Shown: positions 37,360 through 50,800, numbered from the stretch's first letter. The stretch: 64,000 nucleotides of DNA from Monocercomonoides exilis PA203 (GCA_001643675.2 LSRY02000030.1:62001-126000), one strand, 5' to 3'. Made by a program: numbers and translations. The notes: generated by a model not told the origin, from the sequence alone.

Positions 37360-37616
37360 ATATATTTTTGCTGATATTGTTTTGTCACACACAAAATTTT
37401 TGAGACTTTTTTTTTCATTTTTATTTTTTCGACCAAAAATTCAATTTTATGGATCAACAACACATGATTAGGAAAGTGAATTTTAATTTCAAATTTAGGA
37501 AGAAATTTTAGTTTTTAATAAAATAAAGATTTGTTCTAAAACTTTTTCTGTAATTATTTCACAAAAAGTCTAGCATTCCCATAGAAAAAATACAGTACTG
37601 AAAATTGTTTAAATAT

Positions 37617-37865
37617 GTTATTCTTTCTGAAAAGTCGCATATGTTAAATATCAAGGTTCAATTAAATTGTTTTTCATTTGAAAATTTGGTATGATCAATC
37701 CATCTGACTTCATCATTTAGCAAAAAGATATTTCAAACTTTTTTAATGAAAGAATAAGTGCATTGTGGAAAAGTTTGAAGGATTTATCGACAAAAATGAT
37801 CAACTAAGACCAAATTTTGTATAATCAAGTTATTAAACATTTGCGACTTTTTTAAAAGAATAACC
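37617..37865. mobile_element. Degenerate MITE related to family B
   Basis: GTTATTCTTTCTGAAAAGTCGCATATGTTAAA...TTAAACATTTGCGACTTTTTTAAAAGAATAACC resembles the ends of 9052..9291. Confidence 0.65.
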
Positions 37866-38044
37866 AAAATAGAAAAAAAAAACATTGAAAGCACTATGTG
37901 GAACAAAATTCATGAAGCAAAAAAATTTCGTTGCATTTTTTAAAAACATGGCAAAATCGCACAATATCGGTACCAATTGATTTCTCACCCATAAATAATT
38001 TTTTAGGGTAAAAATTCACATTTCATTTTCGATTGAAAGGTGGT

Positions 38045-38181
38045 TTTAGGGTTAGGGTTAGCACTCATATCAACTTGCTCAGGTTTTTTATTATTTATGG
38101 GTTATGTCTCGAATCTTCTTTTTTGGGTCTTGACCAGAAAATTTTGACTTTTTTTTTGATTGAAATTTGAGGGTTAGGGTT
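38045..38181 (+). repeat. Two short interstitial TTAGGG telomere-like runs
   Basis: TTAGGGTTAGGGTTAG at ~38045-38060 and AGGGTTAGGGTT at ~38170-38181. Confidence 0.6.
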
Positions 38182-38220
38182 TAAAATAAAAGAATTTTTT
38201 CCAACAGAACCCTTTGGTAT

Positions 38221-38293
38221 GCAAGAATGATCTAGTGGTTCGGGCTTCCTAACAGTATTGCGAAGGGTCTATGTTTCGAATCCCACTAGGCCC
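38221..38293 (+). pseudogene. tRNA-like relic / SINE-like Pol III head
   Basis: 73 nt with an A-box-like TGATCTAGTGG and a B-box-like GTTTCGAATCC at tRNA spacing, followed by a T-run. The cloverleaf stems do not pair well. Confidence 0.4.
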
Positions 38294-39026
38294 TTCTTAT
38301 TTTTCACAAAAAATTTTTAGTTATTTTTGGTACCGATATTGTTCAAAATGACCTAAAACATTAGATATAATGCAGATTGGATAACATAATTGAAATTGAA
38401 AAATTAATTTAAATTGTGAGGGTAATATAAAAATACCGCTATTTATTTGAATTGACTTGCTTTTTTTTTTTTGAAATAAACATGTGATTTTGAAGAGAAT
38501 GTGCAAAACATAAAAAAGACAACGTTTCATAGAAAACATAAAAGATTGATATAAAATACCGAAGTTTATTTTAATTCTCATTTTGTTAAAATTTTGATCT
38601 TTCAATTATCTTCTTCTTAATAAATAAAATTATTCAATTATCTGTAATAAATGTTAACCAACTTTTGTTATCTTTAACGTGAGTTATATAATGTGAGTTT
38701 GAATGATTGTTCCAATTAAAAATTTATTTTTCCCAAAATACAAATCATAAAAGCTTCTGAAAACTTTCAGTTTATCTCTTCACAATTGAAAGTTATTTCT
38801 TATAATCGTTTCACCAACAGCAACTTCAATGCAATGTCTATCATTTCCCTTTTGATCACTAAGCTTTTTAAGTTTAACGCAAAGGAAATTATCAAACAAT
38901 ATTGTTTTTCATTTTTCGCCTTGTTGAAAAACAATGTTTGACACATGAACAAGAAATGAATTAAACAATAAACGTAAAAATGTTCATATGGTTCTTTTTC
39001 AAGATTTCGTTCAATATGAAGAACAG

Positions 39027-40105
39027 TTTTATTTCAATGAGTAAAAAACCCGGAACATGGTAAAAAACCCGGACTTTTTATAAAACTTCATATATCTCGA
39101 CAAGTTAAAAAAATTAAACTATAATAATTCACACATTCATACATCAGTGTTTAACACATCTAACCATGTACAAAATTTTAATAACAGTGTTGTATATTTT
39201 TTGAAATAAATAATTTTAATTTTTGAAAATCCGACTTTTGATGAATTTTTCTATTTTAATGAAACGATTCAATTTATCCTATATGTATAAAACTTATTTT
39301 TCCCATGATATTAACAAATCTGGTTATTTTTTATTTTCGCTTATTTGCTCTTTCTAACGGAATGAAAATCTGTCATTTTTGAAAAATTATTGTCAATGGG
39401 ACAACTTAAAAAATATTTTTCATTAAATGCAAAAGCATCTAACTAAAACTAACACTTGCAGTTATGAATATAATAGTTATATAAAATTACCACAAAGTTA
39501 TGATTAAAAATGCTTCAGCAAAGATTCCAAACAATAATTTTTTTTCGAGTATCAATGAAATGGGATAAAAAAATCATCAATCAAAAAAACAAATAACTTT
39601 TATGAAATCCCTTCTGAAGCATTTTTAATCATAACTTTGTGGTAATTTTATATAACTATTATATTCATAACTGCAAGTGTTAGTTTTAGTTAGATGCTTT
39701 TGCATTTAATGAAAAATATTTTTTAAGTTGTCCCATTGACAATAATTTTTCAAAAATGACAGATTTTCATTCCGTTAGAAAGAGCAAATAAGCGAAAATA
39801 AAAAATAACCAGATTTGTTAATATCATGGGAAAAATAAGTTTTATACATATAGGATAAATTGAATCGTTTCATTAAAATAGAAAAATTCATCAAAAGTCG
39901 GATTTTCAAAAATTAAAATTATTTATTTCAAAAAATATACAACACTGTTATTAAAATTTTGTACATGGTTAGATGTGTTAAACACTGATGTATGAATGTG
40001 TGAATTATTATAGTTTAATTTTTTTAACTTGTCGAGATATATGAAGTTTTATAAAAAGTCCGGGTTTTTTACCATGTTCCGGGTTTTTTACTCATTGAAA
40101 TAAAA
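39027..40105. mobile_element. Long foldback element: 492-bp inverted arms + 95-bp spacer
   Basis: 39027..39518 is the reverse complement of 39614..40105. Coordinate sums are equal at both ends (no net indel) and no mismatch was seen by eye. A tandem TAAAAAACCCGGA motif lies near each end. Confidence 0.92.
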
Positions 40106-40299
40106 AATTATCTTTTTCTATATTTATCTTCTTATTAAACCGATCACACAATCTATTTTTTATTCTTTCAATACTCGAAACCTTTGGCCTTTGTCTGTTT
40201 TAATTTTTATCCCTCTTCGTCCAAACGATTAATCACAAACTAAATTTCTATTTCAATTGTGAAATACATTTTTTCTCTCACATCCCCATCAAAAGCTTT

Positions 40300-41450
40300 C
40301 AATTCCAGCAAACTCAAAATTCCTTCAACAAATTTATCATCTCTCTCCTCAGCAGATCCGACAAATGTCTCTTTGTCTTTAACACCTCTATCTTCCGCCA
40401 AACGCTCTCTTTATCAAATGCTCCTGTTGTTCATATTGGAACAGAATCTCAGCGAGAAACACCAGGAAGATTGGCTTCATTTGGACAGTACGGCCATTAC
40501 TTTGAATGATGCGAGTGGAATGATTCAAATTGCACAGGAGATCAAGGTGGTTCTCTGAAAATTGCTTGCACAAAAGTAAGCATCACAATAAATTCTTACT
40601 CGTTTTTCAATTGTTCAAATATAATTCATGGTGGAGCGGTATATTGTGGATATTTGTTTAATATCAACTTAACCAAAAGCAATTTTACAAATTTTCAGGC
40701 AAGAAACGGAGGTGGTGTTTCCATGTGGTATCTTCAATCCAATTCCGTTTTAACATTCTCAGAAAACAGAGTGGAAAGCTGTAATATTTCTAATTGGTGT
40801 GGATCCGGTTCGTATTTTAAGCTCAATAATTTGAATTCTAATGGTCAATTCCTGTTTTCCGAATGCGAGTGTATAGCAAATACGGGAAGTGATTGTGCTG
40901 GTTCTCTAACATTTTCAAATCCCCCAGGAAACAATCCAACTCAGTTTTTGGTTAATGATTGCCAATTTATCAATTACAAACTGACTGCCTCTTCTTCATA
41001 CGGAGGTGCAGCGATGTGTTTCCTTCCACCGTATTCCTGGATGAATGGAGTAAAATTCATCACTTTCTGCTTCTTCGATGACATCCCCACCACAAATGGC
41101 AGAGGAAATGATGTGTTCTTTAATGGAAGTAACATACCCCAACCTCCATTCGAGAATTGTGGATCAACAACTCCAACAAAAAGAGTGTATAATTATGGAC
41201 AAGCTGATAATGCTGAATGTAATAGCTGGCTCCCCCTCATTGCCCAGAACAAAATCGTTTGCAGCAATGGAACAGATGCTGATGCCTGTGGCAGACCCCA
41301 ACAGACCCCATGTGCCACCATCGAGTATTCCCTCAACAGCTTCATTTCCCTCCTCCAAGACGCCTCTCTCACCCTCCTCAGCTCAACATTTGTTTCCACT
41401 CAAACGCTCACATCCAGCGCAGCTGATACAAAAATCACAGGAAATGATGA
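40300..41450 (+). pseudogene. Truncated/frameshifted beta-helix family gene fragment
   Basis: HGGAVY, NGGGVS, YGGAAM, GRGNDVFF and NGTDADACGRPQQTPCATIEYSL are the same motif set as the two large surface proteins. Upstream frames are broken and the sequence ends abruptly after ADTKITGN. Confidence 0.7.
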
Positions 41451-42627
41451 GTTTTTTCTAATTTCTTTATTATTCCTTCCATTCAAAATTTTTGAATATT
41501 TTCCATTTCACTTCATATTCATGAGCTGCCATCTTCTTTTCATTTAAAGGATATATCATCACCAATTTATTCTTAGATCCTAAATACAGCTCAAATATAA
41601 ATATTTCTTCGAAATTTTCTCATCAAATTTTTCTTCTTCATCGAATGAAAATAAAGCTTGTTGCTTAAATAAATGTTTTCTGTTATTCTTTTCTTTAAAT
41701 AGCATTTCTTCAATCATATCAGAAAGCTCTTCAAAACTTTCAATTTCTTTTGCCATTCCCATTTCTCCTTTTTTTCAGCTGCAGAATCTCTCATTTCATA
41801 GAATTATCCTTCGATAATTGATTTTCTAATAAATTATTTTCTCCTCATTTAATCATCCTCTCGTTCCATTGAAGGCACATGACGTTGTGAAATCAATCGA
41901 AGATCATCCTCATAATCATTTGTTCCAAACATCCTATCCTGCCATGTTCTTTATGTTTTCGGTGAATTCTTTCAGCTTCCAAATGAAAAGCAGAGGCAAT
42001 CTCTATTTTCTGTTGCATGCATGATGTTCGGCTATTCAGGATAAAAATTATCCATTTCATTGCCGTGCTACATCTGGCTGAAATTCTATGTCAGAATAAA
42101 TATTTCTTTTGCGTTTCCTATTTGAGCAGATTTAAATGCCTCTTGATGAATTCAATGGGAAGTTGAATGAAATGAAAAAAAAGTGACATTTTTGCAGTTC
42201 ATCGAAGAAGGCGTTGAAGAAGAAAAGGATGAACACAATTGTTGAAATGAAGATAGATGCTGTGCCAATGTGAGGACGTATGAGGAAGAACGAAGTTGAA
42301 GTTGAAGAAGATAAAACAAAATGTATTCAATTCGTCCAAATTACCTTTTTTCATCACGAGAATTGTGAATGATAAATGAAATGAAGAATAATTTAGCGAT
42401 TGATTGGACAAGACGAAGAAAAGCGAATGAAATATAGTTTCGTTCAATTTGGCGGCACTTCCGATTGAGCGATATGAATGAATCAGAAGGACGATGCTCT
42501 GATCCAATGCAAAGTGAGTGAAGATGGCATTGAAAAAGTTGGAGGAGTTGAAGAAGAAGACAATAACGAAATTGAAGATGGCACAGTTGGTGGAAAAGGA
42601 CAAATTGCAGAAGCAGGAAAAGAATTT

Positions 42628-42727
42628 GAAGAAGAAGAAGAAGAAGAAGAAGAAGAAGAAGAAGAAGAAGAAGAAGAAGAAGAAGAAGAAGAAAAAGAAG
42701 AAGAAGAAGAAGAAGAAGAAGAAGAAG
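42628..42727. repeat. (GAA)n/(TTC)n microsatellite inside decayed low-complexity sequence
   Basis: About 33 GAA units directly visible. Confidence 0.9.
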
Positions 42728-45494
42728 ATGATGATGATGAAGACAATGAAGAAAGTTGAAGGAAATAAGGTGATAGTGAATGTGAAAGAGAAGAAGAAGA
42801 AAAAGGTGAAGGAGAAGAAGAAAAAATGGAAGAATAAGAATAAGAATAAGAAGAAGAAGTGATTGAGAAATGCTAAATCAATCGAATGACATTTCCGAAG
42901 AAAAATGATGAGATGGCTTCAAATGATGCTGTTGATTAAACCAAATATCGTACATGACAAATGCAGTTCTAATCGACTGAAAAATAACAAACTTAAAATG
43001 AATAGCAGACGAGCTGCAATCAATCGACGAAAATATATTTCTTCAAATCATTGATGCCCTTTGAGCTATTATTCTTTCTTTCTCTTCATAAAAAGAAAAA
43101 TGACACTGATTCATTGGAGCTAAAAATATAAACGATTTAAATATCTGATGAAATTATTTGAAAAGAAAAAGAAAAAGAAGCGGAGAAAGCGAAGGAGAAG
43201 AAGAGGAAAAGGAAGAGGAAAAGGAAGAGGAAGAAGGTGAAGAAAAAGAAGAAGGCGTAGAAGAAGAAGAAGAAGGTAATGAAGAATAATCAAACGATGA
43301 TGATGTGAAGATGATGTGGAATAGGAAAAAAAATGAATTGTCCAGAGTAATTTGTTATTGTTTGGCTGAATGAAATATGAAAAAACGTTTTGTTTATCTT
43401 TTTCTTTCTCCATTTCATTTGAATTTTCCCTTCTTAACATTTGACCACTTCTCCGCTCATCTTTTCTTCTTTCTTCATCTTGACAGTGAATTCTATTTTC
43501 TTTCTTTCTTTTCTCCGAAAAATACAATCCCTCTTCTCTCTAATCATTTGTTTGCAACATTACTTCTTTCTCCTTTTCCTTTCTCTCCTTTTCCTTCTTC
43601 GTCTTCGCTTCTTTAGCTGATTGCCTCAAAATCCCACGAGTAAAAATTTTTAAATCCCATCCGGAGAATTAGCATCATGAGAGAAATATCTCTCTTCCTT
43701 TGATTTTTCCCGCTTTCGTTTAACCTTCTGCTTCTTTTTGTTTTCCACAAACATTTCCTATTTTCTCTCTGGAGATTCCCCTTTTCAGAACATCTTTTTG
43801 GTATTTTGAAGATAAAATTAATCCAAACGTTTTCTTCATCTTATCTCAAAGCGAATATTTTGGTGCAATACTTTTCTCTTCTTTCTCTTCTTTCTCCCCA
43901 TCTTTTCTTCTTTTCCTCTATGTCATTCTGTTTTCTTCTTTCATAACATTTTCTTTCTCTTTCTTTCTTTCTCTCTCTCTTTCTTTCTCCAATGGTATGA
44001 CTCTCTCTCTCTCTCTCTCTCTCTCTCCAGAATTGTTCGGTTCCCGCTCTTTCTCCTCTTTTTGTTATTCTTTCCTCCATTTCCACTTAATGCAACTTTT
44101 CTTTTCCACAATCATTTTTTTCCTTGTTTTTTCGCCAATTCTCCATCTCTTTCCTTTCTCTTCTCCTTTTGGAAATCCTCCAACTCCAACTCAAATTCTG
44201 TGATTTCACCAGAAATTGCGAATCTTTCCATAAAAGCATCAAAATGGCTGGTTCCATCAAACAATTCTTGAAAGTGATGAAGAAGAACGATGAATCACTT
44301 GAAAAAACTGAATGTGCTCTGAATGTGAATGCACAGCCAGATTATCAGCTCTGACAAAAGAGTCACTTCTGCCAAACGCTCTCAACAAATATACCAAGCA
44401 AACTGCTTTTTCTTTCTTTCAAGTTCATATCAAGCATTGTCATGCTATGCAGCATGCAAGACAGATGGCAGAAGGTTGTCATCGTTGAATGTGATGCAAA
44501 TAAGAATTGCTTCAAAACCTTGAATCTTTTGAAAAAGGATAAAAAGGCTTCATTCAATGGCACTCCTGTTCATGATCAATCTGTATTCATTCAAAGAACA
44601 CCATTAAAGAAACATGAATGATATAAAAAAAGTCAAACCATTTTTTTTTTTTTTGGCCTTTCAACATTTTCCCATCTCCAATGGATTGGTAATTATCAGC
44701 CCAGCTGGCTTTCTTGCTCTCCAAAATTGCCTCTTGCCATTTAAAAAATTCAAACAACTGAACAATAAAGGCTTGCATTGAACGTCATCGAGCACAGAGA
44801 GTCAATTGTGGAGCTGGCCGTGATATCAGATGAAAACACATATTCTCCAAATTAACTCCTTTTCAAAGACTTATTCAACGCCATGTTTTTGCTGATGGCA
44901 TTCCAACGTGTTTCGCATAAATGGCAACGCGTTTGTTGTTGAGGCCTGCTGAGTGCTTCATTCTGCTCGCTTCCTCCATCGTCCAATCCCCAATTCTCTT
45001 TTTTTCCCCACAAAACCAACCTTCCCCCCCAAAAAATCACGCAAAACAAGTCCCACTCAAACGATATGCCAAGCAAACATATTTCCCTCGAAATGAACAA
45101 GCGGTTCAATTCTATCTTTCTGAAATTCTCCTCGCTTTTTCTGCATCTTTCATGAGTCATTTTGAATGAAAAATATCGCAGCCAGCGTTGTGACATATGT
45201 TTTGTATCATCTAACCAAGTTCAAATTTTATGCAATTTTCCCCACTAATTCACTTTTCGCAAGCAATCGATGCAACAGCCACTCGCTCCTCCATTTGAAG
45301 GTTAAATCCCTGTTCTTCTGCAGTTCCATAACTCGCATGGATGCATCCGTGGAAGTTAACCTAAGCAGCTCAAACAAAGTTTTAACACAGCATATTATCA
45401 ATCAAAAATCTTCATTTATAAAATTAAAGGTTGCAAACCCTTATTTATTTACTCCATCAGTTGAATATATTTTTTCTCTTATTTACTTGTTTTG

Positions 45495-47024
45495 ATGCAA
45501 AAGACATCGACATCACATAGAAATGTGTGGACTTCAGCTTTATTAGATATTTGATTTTGTATTTTTAATTCTTTTAATTTGAACATTATTCGAATATTTC
45601 AAAAATATATTTATTTGTTATTTTTGATTCATTTTGTGATTTCACAGCCATTTTCAACAAAACATGTATTCCTTGGTATGTCTATATTTTGAGAAAACGA
45701 TTGTTTTTAATTTTTTTTTGAACATATTTTAGAAAAACTATCTCAACTAAAGAATTGCGCTGAAGCTAAGCTGAAACAAAAAATCGTAGAAATGAATGAA
45801 ATGATTGATGAAATGAATGAGCCAGAGTTGTTTTTTGTTCTCAATGTTGAAATATTCAACAAAATTCATGAATTGGTTGAAGAAAAGAAACTATCAATTG
45901 AAAATGCCATTGAATTATCGAAGCGTTTTGGATATTGCAAAATTCTGGAAGATGTATGGAGTCCATGCTTAGAAGAATCTTCATTGTGCAAAAAACTGAA
46001 AAAGATGATTGTAGAAGAAGAACAGAAAAAAGAAGAAAAGGATGATAATCTTCTTACTGACCTTTGTGAATGCTATATTTTTCTTTATTTTCACATCTCG
46101 CCTGAAATGATTTCGATTTGTGTGCCTTGTCTTCTGAAAGCTGCATCGAACAAAGAGGTAAATGAGGAAGTTCAAAAAGAGGTGGAAATGGCTTTGTTGG
46201 CTTTGAGCAGTATTAAAGATCAGGCATGAGCACGTATTTTTCATTTTTTGGTTTTATTAATTTTTTCCCCCATTCTTTTTACATAGAAAGCGAAAAGAGA
46301 ACTGTATTTGAATGAAATCAAAGAGATCATAAAATTTCATCAAAAGCATCATAACCTAACCCAACTTGCCTATCAATCTGCTTGGAAATTTTTAATAAAA
46401 GAATTTTTCATCGACAAAAGCTTGGAAGAAGTGATTACAAATGAGCTGCATTTTGCGAGAGAAGCAGGAAGAGAATTGGAAGAGCTGACAAAGTGTGTGG
46501 ATTGGAAGATAGGGAAAGGAAAGGAAAGAGAGAAAGAAACGAAAGAAGAGCTTACTTTGATTAGATGGCTTGAAGTTGATGAGAATTATTTTCGCCGTTG
46601 CGAATCGAAGAATGAAGAATATGTTGGGCTTATCAGAAGCATTGTGAAATTATTTCGTGCAGCAAAGGATAATTATGGAAACATATACAAGAAATGTATT
46701 CTTTCATTTGAAAAAGTCGTACATAAAGGATTCATGAATGTTGATTACTTGTTGAAAGGAGGAGCTATTGATGCTGTTTTGGAGGAGATGCATAGACCAA
46801 CGTTGAATAAAAAAATGATTGGTGAAATCTTTGATTTTTTAGAATCAATTTCGGAGGAAATCAAAGATAAGAACATATTTGAAAGGAAAGAAGAGAAAAG
46901 AAAGATTATGAAAAGGAATTTGTTTGAAAAGATGGAAGAAGAAGGATACGAAGACATCTTAATAAGCTTTCACAAAGGTTTTCGTGATTTTTCAGCATTT
47001 TATGAAGTGCTTATTTATCTTTGA
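45495..47024 (+). CDS. Lineage-expanded alpha-helical (ARM-like) hypothetical protein; exons 45495..45524, 45648..45675, 45733..46223, 46287..47024
   Basis: Phase-consistent splicing gives MQKTSTSHRN|PFSTKHVFLE KLSQLKNC...EVEMALLALSSIKDQ|KAKRELYLNEIKEIIKFHQKHHNLTQLAYQSAW...EKMEEEGYED. From memory this resembles a very large Monocercomonoides-type hypothetical family. Confidence 0.7.
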
Positions 47025-47393
47025 ATATTTTTGATAATTTTGTGATTGTTTGAGAAAATACGTTGCATTTTGTAACTCCCTATTTTTATTTTTTCTTTTT
47101 TGTATTCATCCCACGAAATCGAAAACAATTGAATCAATTTGTTTGAATTATATTTACCCCACGAAGGTTGAACTTTTTTGGATCAATAAAATTCCAAATG
47201 AAATTACATACAAATGCTTCAAACATTTGTGTGGAGGAAAAAATCCAGTTCTCATGAAATCTATCTTTCTCTTAATTTCTTCTTCTTTAACAGATTCTTC
47301 CTCTCAAAGATATAATCCGTCAACTCATCTTTCGATCTAATGTTTATCCAATTATCCGTATATCATTTCAACCACTTCTGCAATTAAAATAAA

Positions 47394-47431
<38 letters not shown>

Positions 47432-47460
47432 GTTTAAGAAACACTGCACCTTTTCTATAT

Positions 47461-47664
47461 GGCTGATCCTTTTTGAAATCAGACTTTCGTTCGAGTTTTG
47501 ACCAAAAAGATTATCTTCATGGGATTTATAAAAAATGAACTTAAAAGGTTAATGCATTCAGCGCATGATGATTTTTAAAGTTAAATTATCATTGTTTCAA
47601 ATCTAATTGAGATAAATATTTTGATCAAAACTCGAACGAAAGTTTGATTTCAAAAGGATCAGCC
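47461..47664. mobile_element. MITE family D, ~45-bp TIR
   Basis: ATAT|GGCTGATCCTTTTTGAAATCAGACTTTCGTTCGAGTTTTGACCAAAA...TTTTGATCAAAACTCGAACGAAAGTTTGATTTCAAAAGGATCAGCC|ATAT. Confidence 0.88.
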
Positions 47665-47842
47665 ATATGGTGTTTTTTTGTGAAATTAGCAGTATGCTAT
47701 ATTGAACTTTTATGCCAAAGCATTATCAAAAATCACTAAAGATTGAATTAAAAATGTGAATTTTTGGAACATTTTTTTCACAAAAGTTCATTATGGGAAA
47801 ATGTCGAGGAAAGAGTGTTGTTTTTCAACAATAAACAAGTAA

Positions 47843-50800
47843 ATGCCCAAAGCAACAAAGTCCTCAGACACAAAGCATATAAAGATTTTAACCTTTGACA
47901 ATCCATCTGGGCACATTGATCTTACGATAGCACCACATTTGTCGAAACTGATTGTATTAATTTTTTGCATTTTTAATTTATATTTGATTTAATTAATGTT
48001 TTGATTTTATAATAAAATAAATAGTTACTCAATTTACAACCTGGAACTTTTATTAAAGGTCTCAGAACAGCTTCAAAAACACTCAAATCTTTTGTATGTG
48101 AAAATTCGCTACAATCTCTTTCAGTTCTTTTCGAGGGATATTTCGAAGATCCACGTGCAAAGAACAGTCATTCGTCTATACAACATAAGCATGGATTAAA
48201 GGAATCAAAATCAGAAAAAGAGTTTTCATTGCTTTTGGATTCAATGAGAGAATGGGGGCAATTAACGGTGCTTTCGCTTGCCCACAACAGAATTCAACGC
48301 ATAGACGATAGTTCAAAACGCTATTTTGATCAGCTAGGAAACATTACTTTTTTAAATTTGAGTCACAATCAAATTGAGGAAATCGGTGATTTTACGGGAT
48401 TAATTTCGCTTTCGGTTCTTGATTTAAGTTATAACAAACTTACTGTATGTCTTTTATGATTTTTTAATACATTTTATTTTCTTTATGCTTAGAATTTGCG
48501 TTCATTCAAAGCAGGCTTTATTCAGCGACTTATATTGTGTGTTCTTTTTAAAATTCATTTTTTTCCCCATCAAGGAGAACATTTTTACGCACATTTCTTA
48601 TTCAATTGCAGGACTGGAAATGCCTTAAATACTGTTGAAGGAATTCAGCAGTTGAAAGGATTGGAAAGCTTGGATTTGTCGAAAAATGAGATTAATTCCG
48701 TGGATAATCTGCGCCTTATTTCCAAACTTCCGCTTCAAACACTCTTTTTGACCGAAAATCCAATTGCACAGCAAGCAAATTACCGCATTCGCGTCTTTGC
48801 CTTATTTGCCACAAGAGAGGTGTCATTTTGCTTTCTTTTTTCTTTTAAAGATGGTGACAATCTTTATCATATAATTTTTCTGTTTTTTAATTTTTTTTGT
48901 TTTTTTCTTTTTTACCAATTAACCTTCCTTTCTTTCATGAAATTTCTATTCAACGCACTGTAAATTATTCACATTCTCACACATTTTCACACAAACTCAC
49001 ACAAACTCACATTCATCCACCACATCAAAGACGCTCATCGTCGATTCACATCCTTGTTCCAGCGATGAGTTAGAGGAAGTCTTCAGACAAAACCCTTCTC
49101 TCCGCCCAGCCGCCTTGCAAGTCATCACTCTTCACACAGACCCTGTTAAAACTGCAGACTCACCAGACACACAAAACACCCCAAACACACAACGCAAGCT
49201 GCTACAAGAGGCAACCACAGGGAAAAAAAGGAAGCTTACCGCAACGCCTTCCTCTGGTTCACTTCCTTCGTCTCCTTCGTATTCTCCTTTGCATTCTCCC
49301 AATTTGGGGTCGGTTCCACACGCACAGATTGTTTCTAACTGCAATGCCAACTGCTCAGAGAACATTCTTGCAGATGCGCTGCACAACTCACAAGGACAGA
49401 ACATCGATGGAACACTGCCTGTGAATGCATTCAATGCTAATGGTGGCAATGGATCTGTTAATAATGATATAGAGAATTCATCATCATCATCATCATCATC
49501 ATCTTTTTCTTCTTCTTCTGCAATAAGACCTCTTTTCTTTAGGAACCCTTTTGTTGCTTATTTTCTTGACGGAACACTGTCGAAACCAGCTGAACTAGGA
49601 ATGCCTTTAAGCAACAGCAGCAGCAGTAACCAATCATCATCATCAACAACATCTTCTAATGAAGAAAATGGATCATTTAGCAGAGCAGACTTCAATGAAC
49701 TGCCACAAGAACAGGCAGATGACACCAGCCGCAACGAAACCTCGCACGATTCAGCTTGTTCTCATAACTCTTCCAATTCATCATCATCATCTTCTTCTTC
49801 TTCAGCTTCTTCTTCTTTAAACAGAGAAAATTCACATCACAAGACACACGCCGAAGACAATGATGAACCGAATTCTCTTGTCAAATCATCCTCAAACGTA
49901 TCTCTTCCACAACTCCCTTCTTCTTCTTCTCTTTCCTCCATCTCTTCCAAATCGTCTTCTTCCTCTTCTCTTTCCTATCCACGCATCAAATCACAGCCAC
50001 AGCTGAATTTGCGCTCTTCTTCGACTCCTCCTCTTCTGACTCCTTCGCCTTCATCTCCTTCTTCTACTCTGATTTCTTCTCCTTCCATGTACAGAGCTTC
50101 GCTTGGTATTTCTTCTTCTTCTTCTTCTTCCTCTGCGTCTGCATCTGCTTCTTCTTCTCCATCATCATCTTCACTTTCAAATTCATCTAATGCATCATCA
50201 TCATCATCATCATCTTCTTCTTCTTCTCCTTCTTCTCGTACTTCTTCCACATCCAACGATATTCCTAATGCTGATGACCCTAATCCAATCTCCAAATACA
50301 TCAGCACACAATTATCATTCACCCAACTCTTCACAACAACATCAATTCATTCATCATCATCCTCCTCATCCTCATCATTATCTTCTTCTTCTTTTTCATT
50401 GACTTCTTCTTCTTCCTCTTCTTCTTCATTCTCTCTTGATTCTCTTGTGTTCATTCCAGATGTTGCCTTGCATCAGGCACAGGAGATGACTGACTATGTG
50501 GATGGGCTGAGTGAAACAGCCAAAGAAAAGCTGATGAAAACTCTGCACTCCAACATCGCTATTCAGAGGATGGAGAGCAACTTTGCTTCAATGATTGCTT
50601 CTTCTTCTTCTTCTTCTTTTTCTTCTTCTTCATCATCATCATCTTCCTCTTCCTCCTCTTCCTCTTCCAATGATTCTTCTGATTCTTCATTGAGAAGAAG
50701 AAGTCTCAAATCACATAGAAGTGTGCCTATGAACAGAAGAGCATTCGAAGAAGACAGCAGCATCGCCTTGTCAACACCTCCCAAAACGAGAGCTGGATTA

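Noticed and set aside
38221-38293. Functional tRNA gene
   Set aside because: The acceptor and T stems do not pair and there is no clear anticodon arm; kept only as a tRNA-like relic.
47397-47427. poly(A) runs here and at 8890 as retrotransposon tails
   Set aside because: No recognisable upstream element body or TSD; homopolymer length may also be a sequencing artefact.
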